A DNA stretch of 57,222 nucleotides from an uncultured Gammaproteobacteria bacterium (GCA_964610305.1 CAZSVL010000001.1:174781-232002), one strand, 5' to 3'. Shown: positions 47,495-56,740, numbered from the stretch's first letter. Numbers and translations are program-made. The notes: a model not told the origin generated them from the sequence alone.

Positions 47495-47875
47495 CTATCC
47501 AAATAATTTTTTGAAAAGCGATTTCTTTTTTGGTGGGGTTGATGTAGCGATTTCTGCGTTTTGGGGAACAGAGGCTTGCTCAAGATCCGCCATTTTTCTG
47601 ATCCTGTCTGCCTCTGCATCAAGAAGCTCGTGATTATAAACGCCACCATGCCTGCTGCCACTTGCTTGAGATTCCTTCATATCCAAATGCATGTTAAGCG
47701 TCAATCCACTATCAGAATCATTGATATAAACATGCACACGCGGAAATCTAGCGGCAGAAAGTCTGCGCGTAAAATTGGGCTCTGTCTGGCCCCTGTAGCG
47801 ATGCTCATTATACCCAAGCCGCTGCATAAATACTCTATAATTGCTGGATATTTTTTGGCTCAAATGTATCTTCAT
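47495..47875 (-). CDS. Hypothetical protein upstream of dnaG
   Basis: FPRVHVY...NMHLD pattern; 3 bp from dnaG start. Confidence 0.7.
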   Translation of the reverse strand: MKIHLSQKISSNYRVFMQRLGYNEHRYRGQTEPNFTRRLSAARFPRVHVYINDSDSGLTLNMHLDMKESQASGSRHGGVYNHELLDAEADRIRKMADLEQASVPQNAEIATSTPPKKKSLFKKLFG

Positions 47876-47915
47876 ATACTATAGCTTCTCACACTCGGCC
47901 GCTTCTTACAACAAC

Positions 47916-47944
47916 TTGACAAATCTGGGCCATTATCCTATGCT
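47916..47944 (+). promoter_or_regulatory. sigma70 promoter
   Basis: TTGACA-17 nt-TATGCT. Confidence 0.75.
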
Positions 47945-47966
47945 ATTACTAACAAGGAGGTATACT

Positions 47967-48317
47967 GTGCCTATTGCACTGAAATTCCCCTCGGCTTTGC
48001 GTCAACGTTTCCCAGAAGGAAAGGAGGCATACGATCTACACAACGCGCAGCGCATTGCTTCAATTGTAGCAGGCCCTGGCGCGCACGTAACCGTGCAGCC
48101 AGAGGGACCGCGCTTTGTGCTGGGCACAGCAAACAACTGGATTATGGAGGTAGACGAGGACGAGGATCTATACGTCATTGATTGGGATAATTCTATTGGA
48201 AAACCGCGCCTCATGCGTCATTATAAACGTGTTATTGCCCATCAACTTGGACTTGACTCCCTCAACCCGCACCGCACACCAACAAGCGAGCTTGCAGGAG
48301 CGGTAAGTGTTGGATAA
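47967..48317 (+). CDS. Hypothetical protein
   Basis: SD AAGGAGG before GTG 47967; promoter upstream, terminator downstream. Confidence 0.7.
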   Translation: MPIALKFPSALRQRFPEGKEAYDLHNAQRIASIVAGPGAHVTVQPEGPRFVLGTANNWIMEVDEDEDLYVIDWDNSIGKPRLMRHYKRVIAHQLGLDSLNPHRTPTSELAGAVSVG

Positions 48318-48330
48318 TTTTTTAGAGGAA

Positions 48331-48357
48331 TACCCCGGAACACCGGGGCTTTTTTAT
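48331..48357. terminator. Bidirectional terminator
   Basis: CCCCGG-AACA-CCGGGG followed by CTTTTTT. Confidence 0.75.
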
Positions 48358-48592
48358 TGGCGGTGAGGGCGGGATTATTGGTTCGCTGTGCTCACCATAA
48401 GGGCTGCGTCGTTCGGTACATAAAGTAAACTTTATGTACTCTCGCTTTACTCGCCCATCGAACCCTCTTGTACTTGGCGGTGAGACAGGGATGATTCGCT
48501 CGCTTCGCTCACGATACTACTTGCGGCGTTCGGTAACAAGAGCAAGCTCATGTTACTCTCACTATCCTCAGTAGTCGAACCCTGGCCCGTAT
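48358..48592 (-). repeat. Two tandem tRNA-Ser 3'-end repeats (117 and 118 nt), each with an 82-nt insert in the T-loop
   Basis: Sense units AGGGTTCGA-[82 nt]-ATCCC...CTCACCGCCA; inserts at 48376-48457 and 48493-48574. Confidence 0.85.
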
Positions 48593-48680
48593 TGGCGGTG
48601 AGGGCGGGATTCGAACCCGCGGTACGTTTCCGTACACACGCTTTCCAAGCGTGCTCCTTAAACCACTCGGACACCTCACC
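48593..48680 (-). tRNA. tRNA-Ser (GGA)
   Basis: GGTGAGG/CCTCACC acceptor, TTGGAAA anticodon loop, long variable arm, CCA; 88 nt. Confidence 0.97.
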
Positions 48681-48712
48681 ATGTATCGCCCTCCTTAAAA
48701 AGCGATTTTGTT

Positions 48713-49201
48713 TTAAGCTGCAAGCTCTTTTCTGCCTTGAGTCCTCTCAAAGTACAGGGCGGCCCATGCAGCTATTGCCTCAAAGTCTTTGTCTACAATC
48801 ATCTCATAATCGTCTCTTGCGCAAATGTCGGCAATCAGCTCTTCGCAGACTATTTTTTGACTGCCAGATGCGTGCACAACCTTTCCCTCCCCTACGTAGA
48901 TACCAACATGTTTAGCCAATCGCAGATGCCTCCGAGACGCTAGCTTTTTTCTAAAGAAAACTAGGTCTCCTACGTGCATCAGCTCCAGCGGCATTACGCG
49001 ATTCTTCAGAAAAAGCTCATCTGGGCTAGCCTGCATGTAAAGCTCGCAAGCCTCCCAAAACACTTTCACTATGATCATGGTGCAATCTACGCCACTACGA
49101 TCCGTACCTCTCATTGCAAACGGCGTGCCAACCCATGATCGCGCGCAAGCAACCACAGACTGGCGAGCTTCCATGTCATCTAGAAACTTAGATTTTTTCA
49201 C
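48713..49201 (-). CDS. NlpC/P60 family protein
   Basis: VGTPFAMRG, GVDCT catalytic Cys, GDLVFF, HVGIY, VVHAS; GTG 49201 with GGAG upstream is a likely start. Confidence 0.88.
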   Translation of the reverse strand: MKKSKFLDDMEARQSVVACARSWVGTPFAMRGTDRSGVDCTMIIVKVFWEACELYMQASPDELFLKNRVMPLELMHVGDLVFFRKKLASRRHLRLAKHVGIYVGEGKVVHASGSQKIVCEELIADICARDDYEMIVDKDFEAIAAWAALYFERTQGRKELAA

Positions 49202-49946
49202 GCTTACTCCTTTTTTTAAGCAGAATGTGTGTTCCAACAATCGCCATTATAATACTCCCCCACTGCGCCGGGGTCAAGGAGACATACTGCTGATCACCAA
49301 TTCTCAGAAAATCAAAAACGAATCGCGGAATTGAGTAGAGCAGCAACAGTAAGCCTAGAAAGAATCCGTCAGGTATTTCTTTGAACTTCTTTTTGATAAG
49401 AAAAAATACCACACCTATAACCAGCATCTGAAGTGCCTCATAAAGACCCAGATCATGTCTAGTGCAGCCGGTGGGTTGATTCATTCCCAAGGCAAAATCG
49501 GTGCATATCCCTGGATGATCATGAATCAAAAAGCAACCAATTCTCCCAAAAAACCATGCGGCTGGCAGAATATAGGCTAGAATATCAGTATATTTCCAAA
49601 AGTACTTTCTATTACTCCTCTGCCACCACAGAAGCACCAAAAAGGCGCCGGCAAATCCTCCAGTAGATGAAAATCCACCCTGCCACAGATACAAGACTGA
49701 AATTAGATTCTCTCTGTAGCTATCCCAATGATACAAAAAGACATGGACCACACGTGCACCAACAAAACCACCAATAAGCAATTTAAAGCTAAGATCAAAA
49801 AAAACCTCTTCATCAAGCTTGGCTTGCCTGATCAGTCTCCTCCCCAAAATCAATCCTACGAGAAGTCCAACTGCAACCAAAAGACCCCAAACTTGAATGG
49901 GGATGGGGCCAATGTGGATCGTGTATATGCTGGTATGTGGAATCAT
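49188..49946 (-). CDS. lgt: Prolipoprotein diacylglyceryl transferase
   Basis: GARVVHV, WQGGFSSTGG, GRIGCFLIHDHPG, RFVFDFLR. Confidence 0.9.
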   Translation of the reverse strand: MIPHTSIYTIHIGPIPIQVWGLLVAVGLLVGLILGRRLIRQAKLDEEVFFDLSFKLLIGGFVGARVVHVFLYHWDSYRENLISVLYLWQGGFSSTGGFAGAFLVLLWWQRSNRKYFWKYTDILAYILPAAWFFGRIGCFLIHDHPGICTDFALGMNQPTGCTRHDLGLYEALQMLVIGVVFFLIKKKFKEIPDGFFLGLLLLLYSIPRFVFDFLRIGDQQYVSLTPAQWGSIIMAIVGTHILLKKRSKREKI

Positions 49947-51283
49947 TTATGACTATGGTTTTCTTTATAGGAGTTCTCTATCACTTCTGCGGCCTCCTGC
50001 GGACTGTCGGTGACCACAAAATGATCAATGTCCTCAATGTTGATAGTTTTATATTTTTCTGCTAGCGTGTCAACAATATATCCAAAGTAGGTATCCCAAA
50101 AAGCTCTTCCAATAAGTACCACCGGAACGCGCGGCATTTTTCCTGTTTGAATAAGTGTGAGCACTTCCATGGTTTGATGAAGTGTTCCTAGACCGCCCGG
50201 AAACATGGCAAAACCCTTTGATGGCGCTGTAAGCATAAACTTTCTAACAAACGGGAATTCAAAGAGTAGTTCTCTAGACAGATATTTGTCCGACTTGTCC
50301 CCATTGCCTGTTTTTAGTGGAAATCCGATGGTTTGAACCTTTTGCTCTGAGGCTCCTTTGCTCACCGCCTCGCTGATACCTCCGTATCCGCCGGATACAA
50401 TATCAAAGCCCTTCTTTGCAATAAGCTGCCCAAACAGCTCTGCCTTATCAAAGTAAGGATTAGACGGATCAAGATTTTTTGTTCCGAGCACCGTAACATC
50501 TTTTGAGACGCCCGTTAGAAAATCAAAGCCCTCTACCAACTCTGCCATGATTTTAAATATCCGCCAATTAACTTTATCGCCGCAAGAAAAGTTCTCGGGA
50601 CTTAGCTGACAAATGCCCGGAGTATCGTCTGTTTTTTCAATAATAGATAGTGCCTCTTGTGCTGTTTCTACCACGTGAGTCCTCGTGAGGAGTCTGCGTT
50701 CGTGTTCTTGCAGTGTGTGTGCTGGATTTTTCAAAAGCCATTGCAAAAGTGGATTCCAGTAATCAGCTCCCATTAGAATAAGGGGAGAATCGTGCAAAAA
50801 ATCATCTGCCATTAAGTCTATGATCTCAAAAAACTCGTCTAGTGTTCCAAAGCCGCCGGGGAAAAATACAAATGCTTGCGCCGGAGCGCCCAGCATTACC
50901 TTTCTTGTAAAGAAGTAGTGAAAATTCAGTGAGCGCGTTACATACGGGTTGAGTGTCTGCTCCATGGGCAAAGTTATGTTCAGCCCTAACGACTTGCCCT
51001 TATTCTCAAAGGCACCTCTGTTTGCTGCCTCCATTATACCCGGACCACCGCCTGTCATGGCAGTAAAACCACCCTTAGCTAATAGTCCGCCAAGCTCTCT
51101 GGCCTGATCATACCATTTGTCTCCCTCTTTAAATCTTGCGCTACCAAATACCGTTACTTCATTTTTTTGCTCACCCAAAAACTGATACCCCTCTACAAAC
51201 TCTGCCATAATCCTAAAAACCCGCCAGCTGTCGCGGTAATCGCCATTTGATCCAAAGTGGATACTCTTCTCCTTGCTTTTCAC
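49943..51283 (-). CDS. Tandem two-domain LOG/TIGR00730 family protein
   Basis: Domain 1 TGGGPGIM, RK, PGGFGTLDE; domain 2 SGGYGGIS, RK, PGGLGTLHQ. Confidence 0.9.
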   Translation of the reverse strand: MKSKEKSIHFGSNGDYRDSWRVFRIMAEFVEGYQFLGEQKNEVTVFGSARFKEGDKWYDQARELGGLLAKGGFTAMTGGGPGIMEAANRGAFENKGKSLGLNITLPMEQTLNPYVTRSLNFHYFFTRKVMLGAPAQAFVFFPGGFGTLDEFFEIIDLMADDFLHDSPLILMGADYWNPLLQWLLKNPAHTLQEHERRLLTRTHVVETAQEALSIIEKTDDTPGICQLSPENFSCGDKVNWRIFKIMAELVEGFDFLTGVSKDVTVLGTKNLDPSNPYFDKAELFGQLIAKKGFDIVSGGYGGISEAVSKGASEQKVQTIGFPLKTGNGDKSDKYLSRELLFEFPFVRKFMLTAPSKGFAMFPGGLGTLHQTMEVLTLIQTGKMPRVPVVLIGRAFWDTYFGYIVDTLAEKYKTINIEDIDHFVVTDSPQEAAEVIENSYKENHSHK

Positions 51284-51333
51284 TCTCCTATTGTACCAAA
51301 AAAGACGCTAAAGCGCCTCTTTTTTAACAAGAT

Positions 51334-52767
51334 TTATTCTGGCTGCATGGTTCCAAACTGTGTTGCAGCCTCATAATTTAGACCAGTCCGCATAAGCAAC
51401 CCTTCAGACAGCCGCGGTCCAATGAACTGCACACCCACGGGAAGCCCATCTATAAAGCCACCTGGTACAGATAATGCGGGTACCCCAGCTACAGCCGCGG
51501 GACACACAAATTTATCCTGCAAATACATAGCAAGCGGATCATCTGCCATCTCCCCAATTTTAAACGCCGGATTTGGCGTAGTAGGTGCCATAATAACATC
51601 CACATCATTAAATACGTTTTCAAAATCCCTGATAATAAGCGTTCGCACTTTTTGTGCTTTTTTGTAATAAGCATCGTAGTAACCATGAGACAGTGCAAAC
51701 GTACCAATCATAATTCTCCTCTTAACCTCATCGGGAAAGCCCTGCGTACGCGCGCTTTCATAAACCTCTTGCAATTTTTTTCCTTCACCCCTAACACCGT
51801 ATCGGATCCCGTCAAGCCGTGCCAAATTTGAGCTATCCTCACAGGGGACCACCACATAATATACGGCAATAGCGTACTTAGTGTGTGGCAATGATACATC
51901 TACCACATGTGCTCCCAGCATTCTCATCTGATCAGCTGCTTTCTCTACGATGCCGCGCATCTCATCGCTGAGCTCCTCTACATATTCTCTTGGCAAACCA
52001 ACGGTGAGCTCCTTAATATCGCTGCCTAGTTTTTTTACATAGTCATCGGGAGATTCTGGCACGGTAGTTGAGTCAAAAGGATCCTGACCTGCCATCACAG
52101 ACATAACAGCCGCCATATCAGAGACTGTCTTTGTTACAGGGCCTACGGTATCCAGAGAACTGGCCATTGGCATAATGCCGTATCTAGAATTTCTTCCGTA
52201 ACTAGGCCTCAGCCCCACCATATTACAAAAACTGGCTGGCTGTCTTATTGAGCCGCCTGTGTCCTCTGCAATGGAGTATACGCACATGTCCGCGGCTGGC
52301 GCTGCGGCACTACCTCCAGAGCTTCCACCGGGCACTCTACTAACATCCCACGGATTTTTAACCGCTCCATACATGCTATTTTCATTTGAAGCGCCATGTC
52401 CAAAACTATCGCAGTTTTGCTTGCCAATAATTACGCCACCCTGCGCTTGAATTTTTTTGATGACGGTTGCCTGGTACGGCGCGGTGTAGTTATCTAAAAT
52501 TTTGGCACTACCGGTAGAACGCAGTCCTTCTGTACAAATTGCGTCTTTTACCCCATAGGGAATACCTGTTAGTGCGGTGGCTTGATCCTTTGCTATCTTA
52601 ATATCTGCTTCTTCTGCCATTTCCATTGCCGCGCTCTCATCTATCGTAACGAAGGCGTTAAGACGCTCATTTTCTTTTTTTGCTCTATCTAAATATTCCT
52701 GCGTAAGCTCACGCGAGGAAATCTCTCTATTATCTAATTTAGCCCTTAGACTTGCGATCGTGTTCAT
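51334..52767 (-). CDS. gatA: Asp/Glu-tRNA amidotransferase subunit A
   Basis: GVKD, PGGSSGGS, DTGGSIRQPA, EVKRRIMIG. Confidence 0.97.
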   Translation of the reverse strand: MNTIASLRAKLDNREISSRELTQEYLDRAKKENERLNAFVTIDESAAMEMAEEADIKIAKDQATALTGIPYGVKDAICTEGLRSTGSAKILDNYTAPYQATVIKKIQAQGGVIIGKQNCDSFGHGASNENSMYGAVKNPWDVSRVPGGSSGGSAAAPAADMCVYSIAEDTGGSIRQPASFCNMVGLRPSYGRNSRYGIMPMASSLDTVGPVTKTVSDMAAVMSVMAGQDPFDSTTVPESPDDYVKKLGSDIKELTVGLPREYVEELSDEMRGIVEKAADQMRMLGAHVVDVSLPHTKYAIAVYYVVVPCEDSSNLARLDGIRYGVRGEGKKLQEVYESARTQGFPDEVKRRIMIGTFALSHGYYDAYYKKAQKVRTLIIRDFENVFNDVDVIMAPTTPNPAFKIGEMADDPLAMYLQDKFVCPAAVAGVPALSVPGGFIDGLPVGVQFIGPRLSEGLLMRTGLNYEAATQFGTMQPE

Positions 52768-52768
52768 A

Positions 52769-53062
52769 CTACTCAAAAACGCCGGGAACTCTTAATAAAT
52801 CTCCCTCTTTGTCTGGAAAACAATCTATAATTGCTTTTCTTGTATCCTCTGCGCAACCAACCGCGACGTCTTCCCTAAAAACATCTTCCAGCCCTGTTAC
52901 CTGATTTGTCTGCACTACATTTTCAGTCTCAACTTCTGACAGAAGATCTACATATTCTAAAATAGCAGATAGCTCATCTGCATACTTGCTTTTCTCCTTT
53001 TCCGAGAGTTTTAATCTAGCCAGCTTTGCCAAATGCTCAACTTGATCAGCGCTTAATTTCAT
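52769..53062 (-). CDS. gatC: Asp/Glu-tRNA amidotransferase subunit C
   Basis: HLAKLARL, VFREDV, VPGVF; adjacent to gatA. Confidence 0.95.
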   Translation of the reverse strand: MKLSADQVEHLAKLARLKLSEKEKSKYADELSAILEYVDLLSEVETENVVQTNQVTGLEDVFREDVAVGCAEDTRKAIIDCFPDKEGDLLRVPGVFE

Positions 53063-53090
53063 GCGCTCATAGTATCAGAATGCCTAAAAT

Positions 53091-53117
53091 AAAAAAAGGC
53101 CATCGCTGTGCAATGGC
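53091..53117 (-). terminator. Intrinsic terminator
   Basis: GGCCAT...ATGGCC stem with A-run on plus strand. Confidence 0.65.
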
Positions 53118-53193
53118 CACTCACTTTACCCCTTAGATCCCGATTCGCGTAGGAAATCAACCACATCGCCTTCCTGCAGCTTGTAGGTTCGCT

Positions 53194-53445
53194 TTACATC
53201 ATCTCCCCTCTCCGGATTCTACGAACCACTACGTTGGTAAGTTGCGCTGTAACATGGTCTACCGCGCTACTAACAATTTGTGGAGCAAGCGCATGAAGAA
53301 AATCAGTGACGCTCAGCTGCCGGCCATCTACAATCACGCCGCTCCAATTAGACCGATTCCCATAACGTGACAAATCCACGAGCGCTACTTTGCCCTTTTT
53401 TGAGGGCACAAGCACAATATGCTGTCGGCTTGCTGGGAACTTCAT
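53194..53445 (-). CDS. Hypothetical protein; possibly a frameshifted ubiquitin-like protein extending to 53126
   Basis: SD AAGGAGG; promoter TTGACA (53525-53530)-17 nt-TAGGTT; open -1 frame tail. Confidence 0.55.
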   Translation of the reverse strand: MKFPASRQHIVLVPSKKGKVALVDLSRYGNRSNWSGVIVDGRQLSVTDFLHALAPQIVSSAVDHVTAQLTNVVVRRIRRGEMM

Positions 53446-53580
53446 ATCAGCCTCCTTTTCTTGTAAATTTCAAGGATCGTATTCTGAACATGGGATACTA
53501 TAACCTAGCAATTCTACTCCTGTTTGTCAAGACGTAAAAATACAAAAAGTATAAAAAAAGGCCGCCCAAGCAGCCTATTG

Positions 53581-53859
53581 TCAGTCATTACTCTTAAACT
53601 CGTAAATGGCCACTTCGTCATTCTCATGAAGAAGACCATATCCTAGGCCCAGTAAACCTGCGAGTACCGATGCAAACCCAAAGGCACTCTGCTCGTCCAA
53701 TCCCATGAAGGAAAACTTTGATGTTAACAAACTAGAAGCAGAAAGCAGCATACCTTCTTTGCTGGCAAATCGTATGGTCTCTGTACGAAAATTGAAGATA
53801 ATTTGACACCCATCTAGGGTTGTAACCTTCTCTCCCAGGTCTGTATGGAGCGCAAGCAT
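53581..53859 (-). CDS. Hypothetical protein, paralogue 1 of 3
   Basis: SD GGAGG; terminator at about 53554-53577. Confidence 0.7.
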   Translation of the reverse strand: MLALHTDLGEKVTTLDGCQIIFNFRTETIRFASKEGMLLSASSLLTSKFSFMGLDEQSAFGFASVLAGLLGLGYGLLHENDEVAIYEFKSND

Positions 53860-53892
53860 ATTACCTCCTAACTCTGAGTGAGATATAAGCCT

Positions 53893-54264
53893 TTACAAAT
53901 TGTGCGGCGAATTAGAACCTGAAGAGAAAGGGTCATCACGCCTACGCATGCGGGGTACTCCTGAGGTATCCAACCCTGCAGGCTTGATACTCGGATCCGG
54001 CTTAAAGATAAAGGTTACTTCCTCCGGATTCTGGGTCAGCACATCCGCCTCTACACCAAACATGGTGCCAATAAGATTAGCAATGTTGTAGACCTGAGAC
54101 CTTCCCATGCTTGCCATATAGCACGTCTCACTGCCGTTTGCAAAGACAACAGATCTACCATTACTGCTGGTAAAGCGAATGGTTCTCTGCTTCAGATTAA
54201 AAATAAGCTTTACGCTTTGCGCATCATGTACCGGCGTACCGTTCTGAAACGTCAGTTTCAACAT
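53893..54264 (-). CDS. Hypothetical protein, paralogue 2 of 3
   Basis: SD GGGAG; promoter upstream. Confidence 0.7.
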   Translation of the reverse strand: MLKLTFQNGTPVHDAQSVKLIFNLKQRTIRFTSSNGRSVVFANGSETCYMASMGRSQVYNIANLIGTMFGVEADVLTQNPEEVTFIFKPDPSIKPAGLDTSGVPRMRRRDDPFSSGSNSPHNL

Positions 54265-54311
54265 GGGCCACTCCCTGTTTTGGTTGAGACACGTCCTTTA
54301 CCCTCTACTAG

Positions 54312-54340
54312 AGACTAGCATAGGTGGCGCGCCTTGTCAA
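54312..54340 (-). promoter_or_regulatory. sigma70 promoter
   Basis: TTGACA-17 nt-TAGTCT with TGn extension. Confidence 0.7.
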
Positions 54341-54381
54341 GTAGCGCGATAACAAAAAAGCTGCACAAGGCAGCACACTTA

Positions 54382-54660
54382 CTAGGCATAGAGTATGTAA
54401 ATAGTACAGTCGCTCTCCTCTCTGTAAGGCCTAACTTTTAGGTTGTGCAGCACACCAAGCAACATTACCAAGCTGAGCCCACCTCTACTGCTCAAATCTG
54501 CAAAATGAAACTTATCGTCTCTGCCACTTACGGTTTTACGGAACAACTTTTCGCCCGACCTTTCAGAAATCTGCACCGTATTGTCAACATGATCACACGT
54601 GATCAGACATCCCTCTAGAGACTGCAGGTGTGATCCATCTTCTCTCACAAGACCAATCAT
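54382..54660 (-). CDS. Hypothetical protein, paralogue 3 of 3
   Basis: SD AAGGAG before ATG 54660; terminator at about 54353-54372. Confidence 0.7.
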   Translation of the reverse strand: MIGLVREDGSHLQSLEGCLITCDHVDNTVQISERSGEKLFRKTVSGRDDKFHFADLSSRGGLSLVMLLGVLHNLKVRPYREESDCTIYILYA

Positions 54661-54700
54661 AATCGCTCCTTTTCTTGCTTGAAGTGTAGCAAATATTCTT

Positions 54701-56677
54701 CTATTTGTCAAGAAGGGTCAGAAATTCCTTCTCATCAATGATTTTAGCATTATGACTACGGGCTTTTGCAACTTTGCTTCCTGGCTTTTCTCCTGCAACA
54801 ACATAATCTGTTTTTGCGCTAACGCTAGAGCCAACGGTACCGCCGCGCTGTCTAATTTTTTGTTTTGCCATGTCTCTGCTTAAAGAGGAAAGCGTGCCGG
54901 TAAGCACAAACTTTTTGCCCTCCAGCGACCCATTCTCCTTTGCTACGGCAGCAGGCTCTACTCCAAGAGCCTCAAGCTGATCAAGTATTGACTGATTGGC
55001 CGGATTACTAAAATAATCTACAAAACTCTGGGCTGCCTGCGGACCAATACCATCAACTTCCTGCAGCTCTTCCAGAGACACTTTTTTTAATCTCTTTAAT
55101 GTTTTAAAAATGCGGGCAAGTAATACAGCGGTTTCCTCACCTACATGACGAATACCCAGCGCCGTAATAAACCGCTCTAAGGTAACTTTTTTCTTTTTGG
55201 CGATTGAAGTAACCAACTTTTCTGCTGCAACATCTGCAAAGCCCTCAAGCTCTCGCAAATCCTCTACTTTCAACCTAAAAATATCGGCAGTGGACTTTAT
55301 GAGCCCTAACTGAATCAACTTCTCTACATTTTTTTTGCCAAAACCAACAATGTCAAAAGCGTTTTTTGATACAAAGTGCTGTATCTGTCTAATTATTTGA
55401 GCGCCACAATCTTTTTTGGAGCAGTACAACGCCACTTGGCCTTCTTTTTGAGCGGTAGCTGATCCACAAACCGGACATTTAGTAGGCGCACTAATTTTCT
55501 TACTGCTTTTCGGCCGTAGCCTTGGCAACACTTCTATAACTTTTGGAATGATGTCTCCTGCTTTCTCTACAATAACCGTGTCTCCCACGCGCACATCCAA
55601 TCTACGTATCTCATCCATATTATGAAGCGTTGCGTGCGTTACGGTTGTCCCCACAAGCTGCACAGGATCCATTGTGGCCACCGGCGTCAGCGCGCCCGTT
55701 CTACCCACTTGCCAATCAACTTTTCTAATGATGCTTGTCCCTTGTTCTGTTGCAAATTTTAACGCCAAAACAAATCGTGGAGCTTTCCCCGTAAATCCAA
55801 GATCATTTTGCTTTTCAATACTGTTTACTTTTACCACAACACCATCCACCCAATAGGGTTGCGTGTCCCTCTTTTTCTCCCATGATCGCCAAAATTTTAT
55901 CACCTCCTCAATGCCTTCCACCTTCTTCCAGTGAGCGTCTGTCTTAAAACCAACTTCTTTAAGATGCTCAAGCTCATCCGCTTGAGATTTTATATTAGGC
56001 GAATTTGCAAGTTCATAAAAAATTATATCCAATCCCCTCTTCGCTGCTAGCTTTGGATCAAGTTGCCTTATGGCTCCTGCAGCAGCATTTCTTGGATTTT
56101 TAAAAGGCTCTTCTCCGCTTTTCACTCTTTCATGATTGATTTTCTTGAATGCATCCTTTGGTATCCACACCTCACCCTCAACAATTACATCTAAGGCCTC
56201 TCTTAGCTTTAGAGGCACGCTCTGGATGGTTCTTACATTATGAGTCACATCCTCTCCTACTTTTCCATCTCCTCTTGTAGCAGCTGTCTTTAGGAGACCT
56301 TTTTCATATGTACAAACAACGTGCAAACCATCAATTTTAAGCTCACATACATACTGCACCTCTCCCACGGCTTTTCTGACGCGCTCGTCCCACTTGCGCA
56401 CCTCCTCATCGGAAAACGCATCGTTAAAAGACCACTGCCGCACGGCGTGAGTAATCTTTTTAAATTCTGGCATAGGACTACCGCCAATGCGTTGAGTAGG
56501 AGAATCACTAGAAATAAACTCAGGATACAGATTCTCTAGCTCTGAAAGCTCATGCTTAAGTGCATCAAGCGCTCCATCGCTTATCTCTTGCCTGTCCAGC
56601 ACGTGATACAAATATCTATGATGATTGATCTCATCTTTCAGTACTTCAATGCGTTTTTTTGCTGCTTTTTTATCCAT
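54701..56677 (-). CDS. ligA: NAD-dependent DNA ligase
   Basis: ELKIDG adenylation motif, TRGDG, zinc finger, HhH repeats, BRCT; start moved to MDKK. Confidence 0.97.
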   Translation of the reverse strand: MDKKAAKKRIEVLKDEINHHRYLYHVLDRQEISDGALDALKHELSELENLYPEFISSDSPTQRIGGSPMPEFKKITHAVRQWSFNDAFSDEEVRKWDERVRKAVGEVQYVCELKIDGLHVVCTYEKGLLKTAATRGDGKVGEDVTHNVRTIQSVPLKLREALDVIVEGEVWIPKDAFKKINHERVKSGEEPFKNPRNAAAGAIRQLDPKLAAKRGLDIIFYELANSPNIKSQADELEHLKEVGFKTDAHWKKVEGIEEVIKFWRSWEKKRDTQPYWVDGVVVKVNSIEKQNDLGFTGKAPRFVLALKFATEQGTSIIRKVDWQVGRTGALTPVATMDPVQLVGTTVTHATLHNMDEIRRLDVRVGDTVIVEKAGDIIPKVIEVLPRLRPKSSKKISAPTKCPVCGSATAQKEGQVALYCSKKDCGAQIIRQIQHFVSKNAFDIVGFGKKNVEKLIQLGLIKSTADIFRLKVEDLRELEGFADVAAEKLVTSIAKKKKVTLERFITALGIRHVGEETAVLLARIFKTLKRLKKVSLEELQEVDGIGPQAAQSFVDYFSNPANQSILDQLEALGVEPAAVAKENGSLEGKKFVLTGTLSSLSRDMAKQKIRQRGGTVGSSVSAKTDYVVAGEKPGSKVAKARSHNAKIIDEKEFLTLLDK

Positions 56678-56740
56678 AAATTTTCTTAACTGTAGCACAA
56701 TTTCAACCAAAAAACCACCCTTTTGGGCGGCTTTTTTTGT

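Noticed and set aside
48358-48592. CRISPR array or intron-containing tRNA genes
   Set aside because: Only two units, the between-repeat sequences are homologous rather than unique spacers, no cas genes; the units lack D-arm and anticodon, so they are not complete tRNAs
48447-48915. ORFs 48447..48674 and 48550..48915
   Set aside because: Translations of tRNA-Ser and its repeats (MSEWFKEHAWKA is the tRNA D-arm/anticodon)
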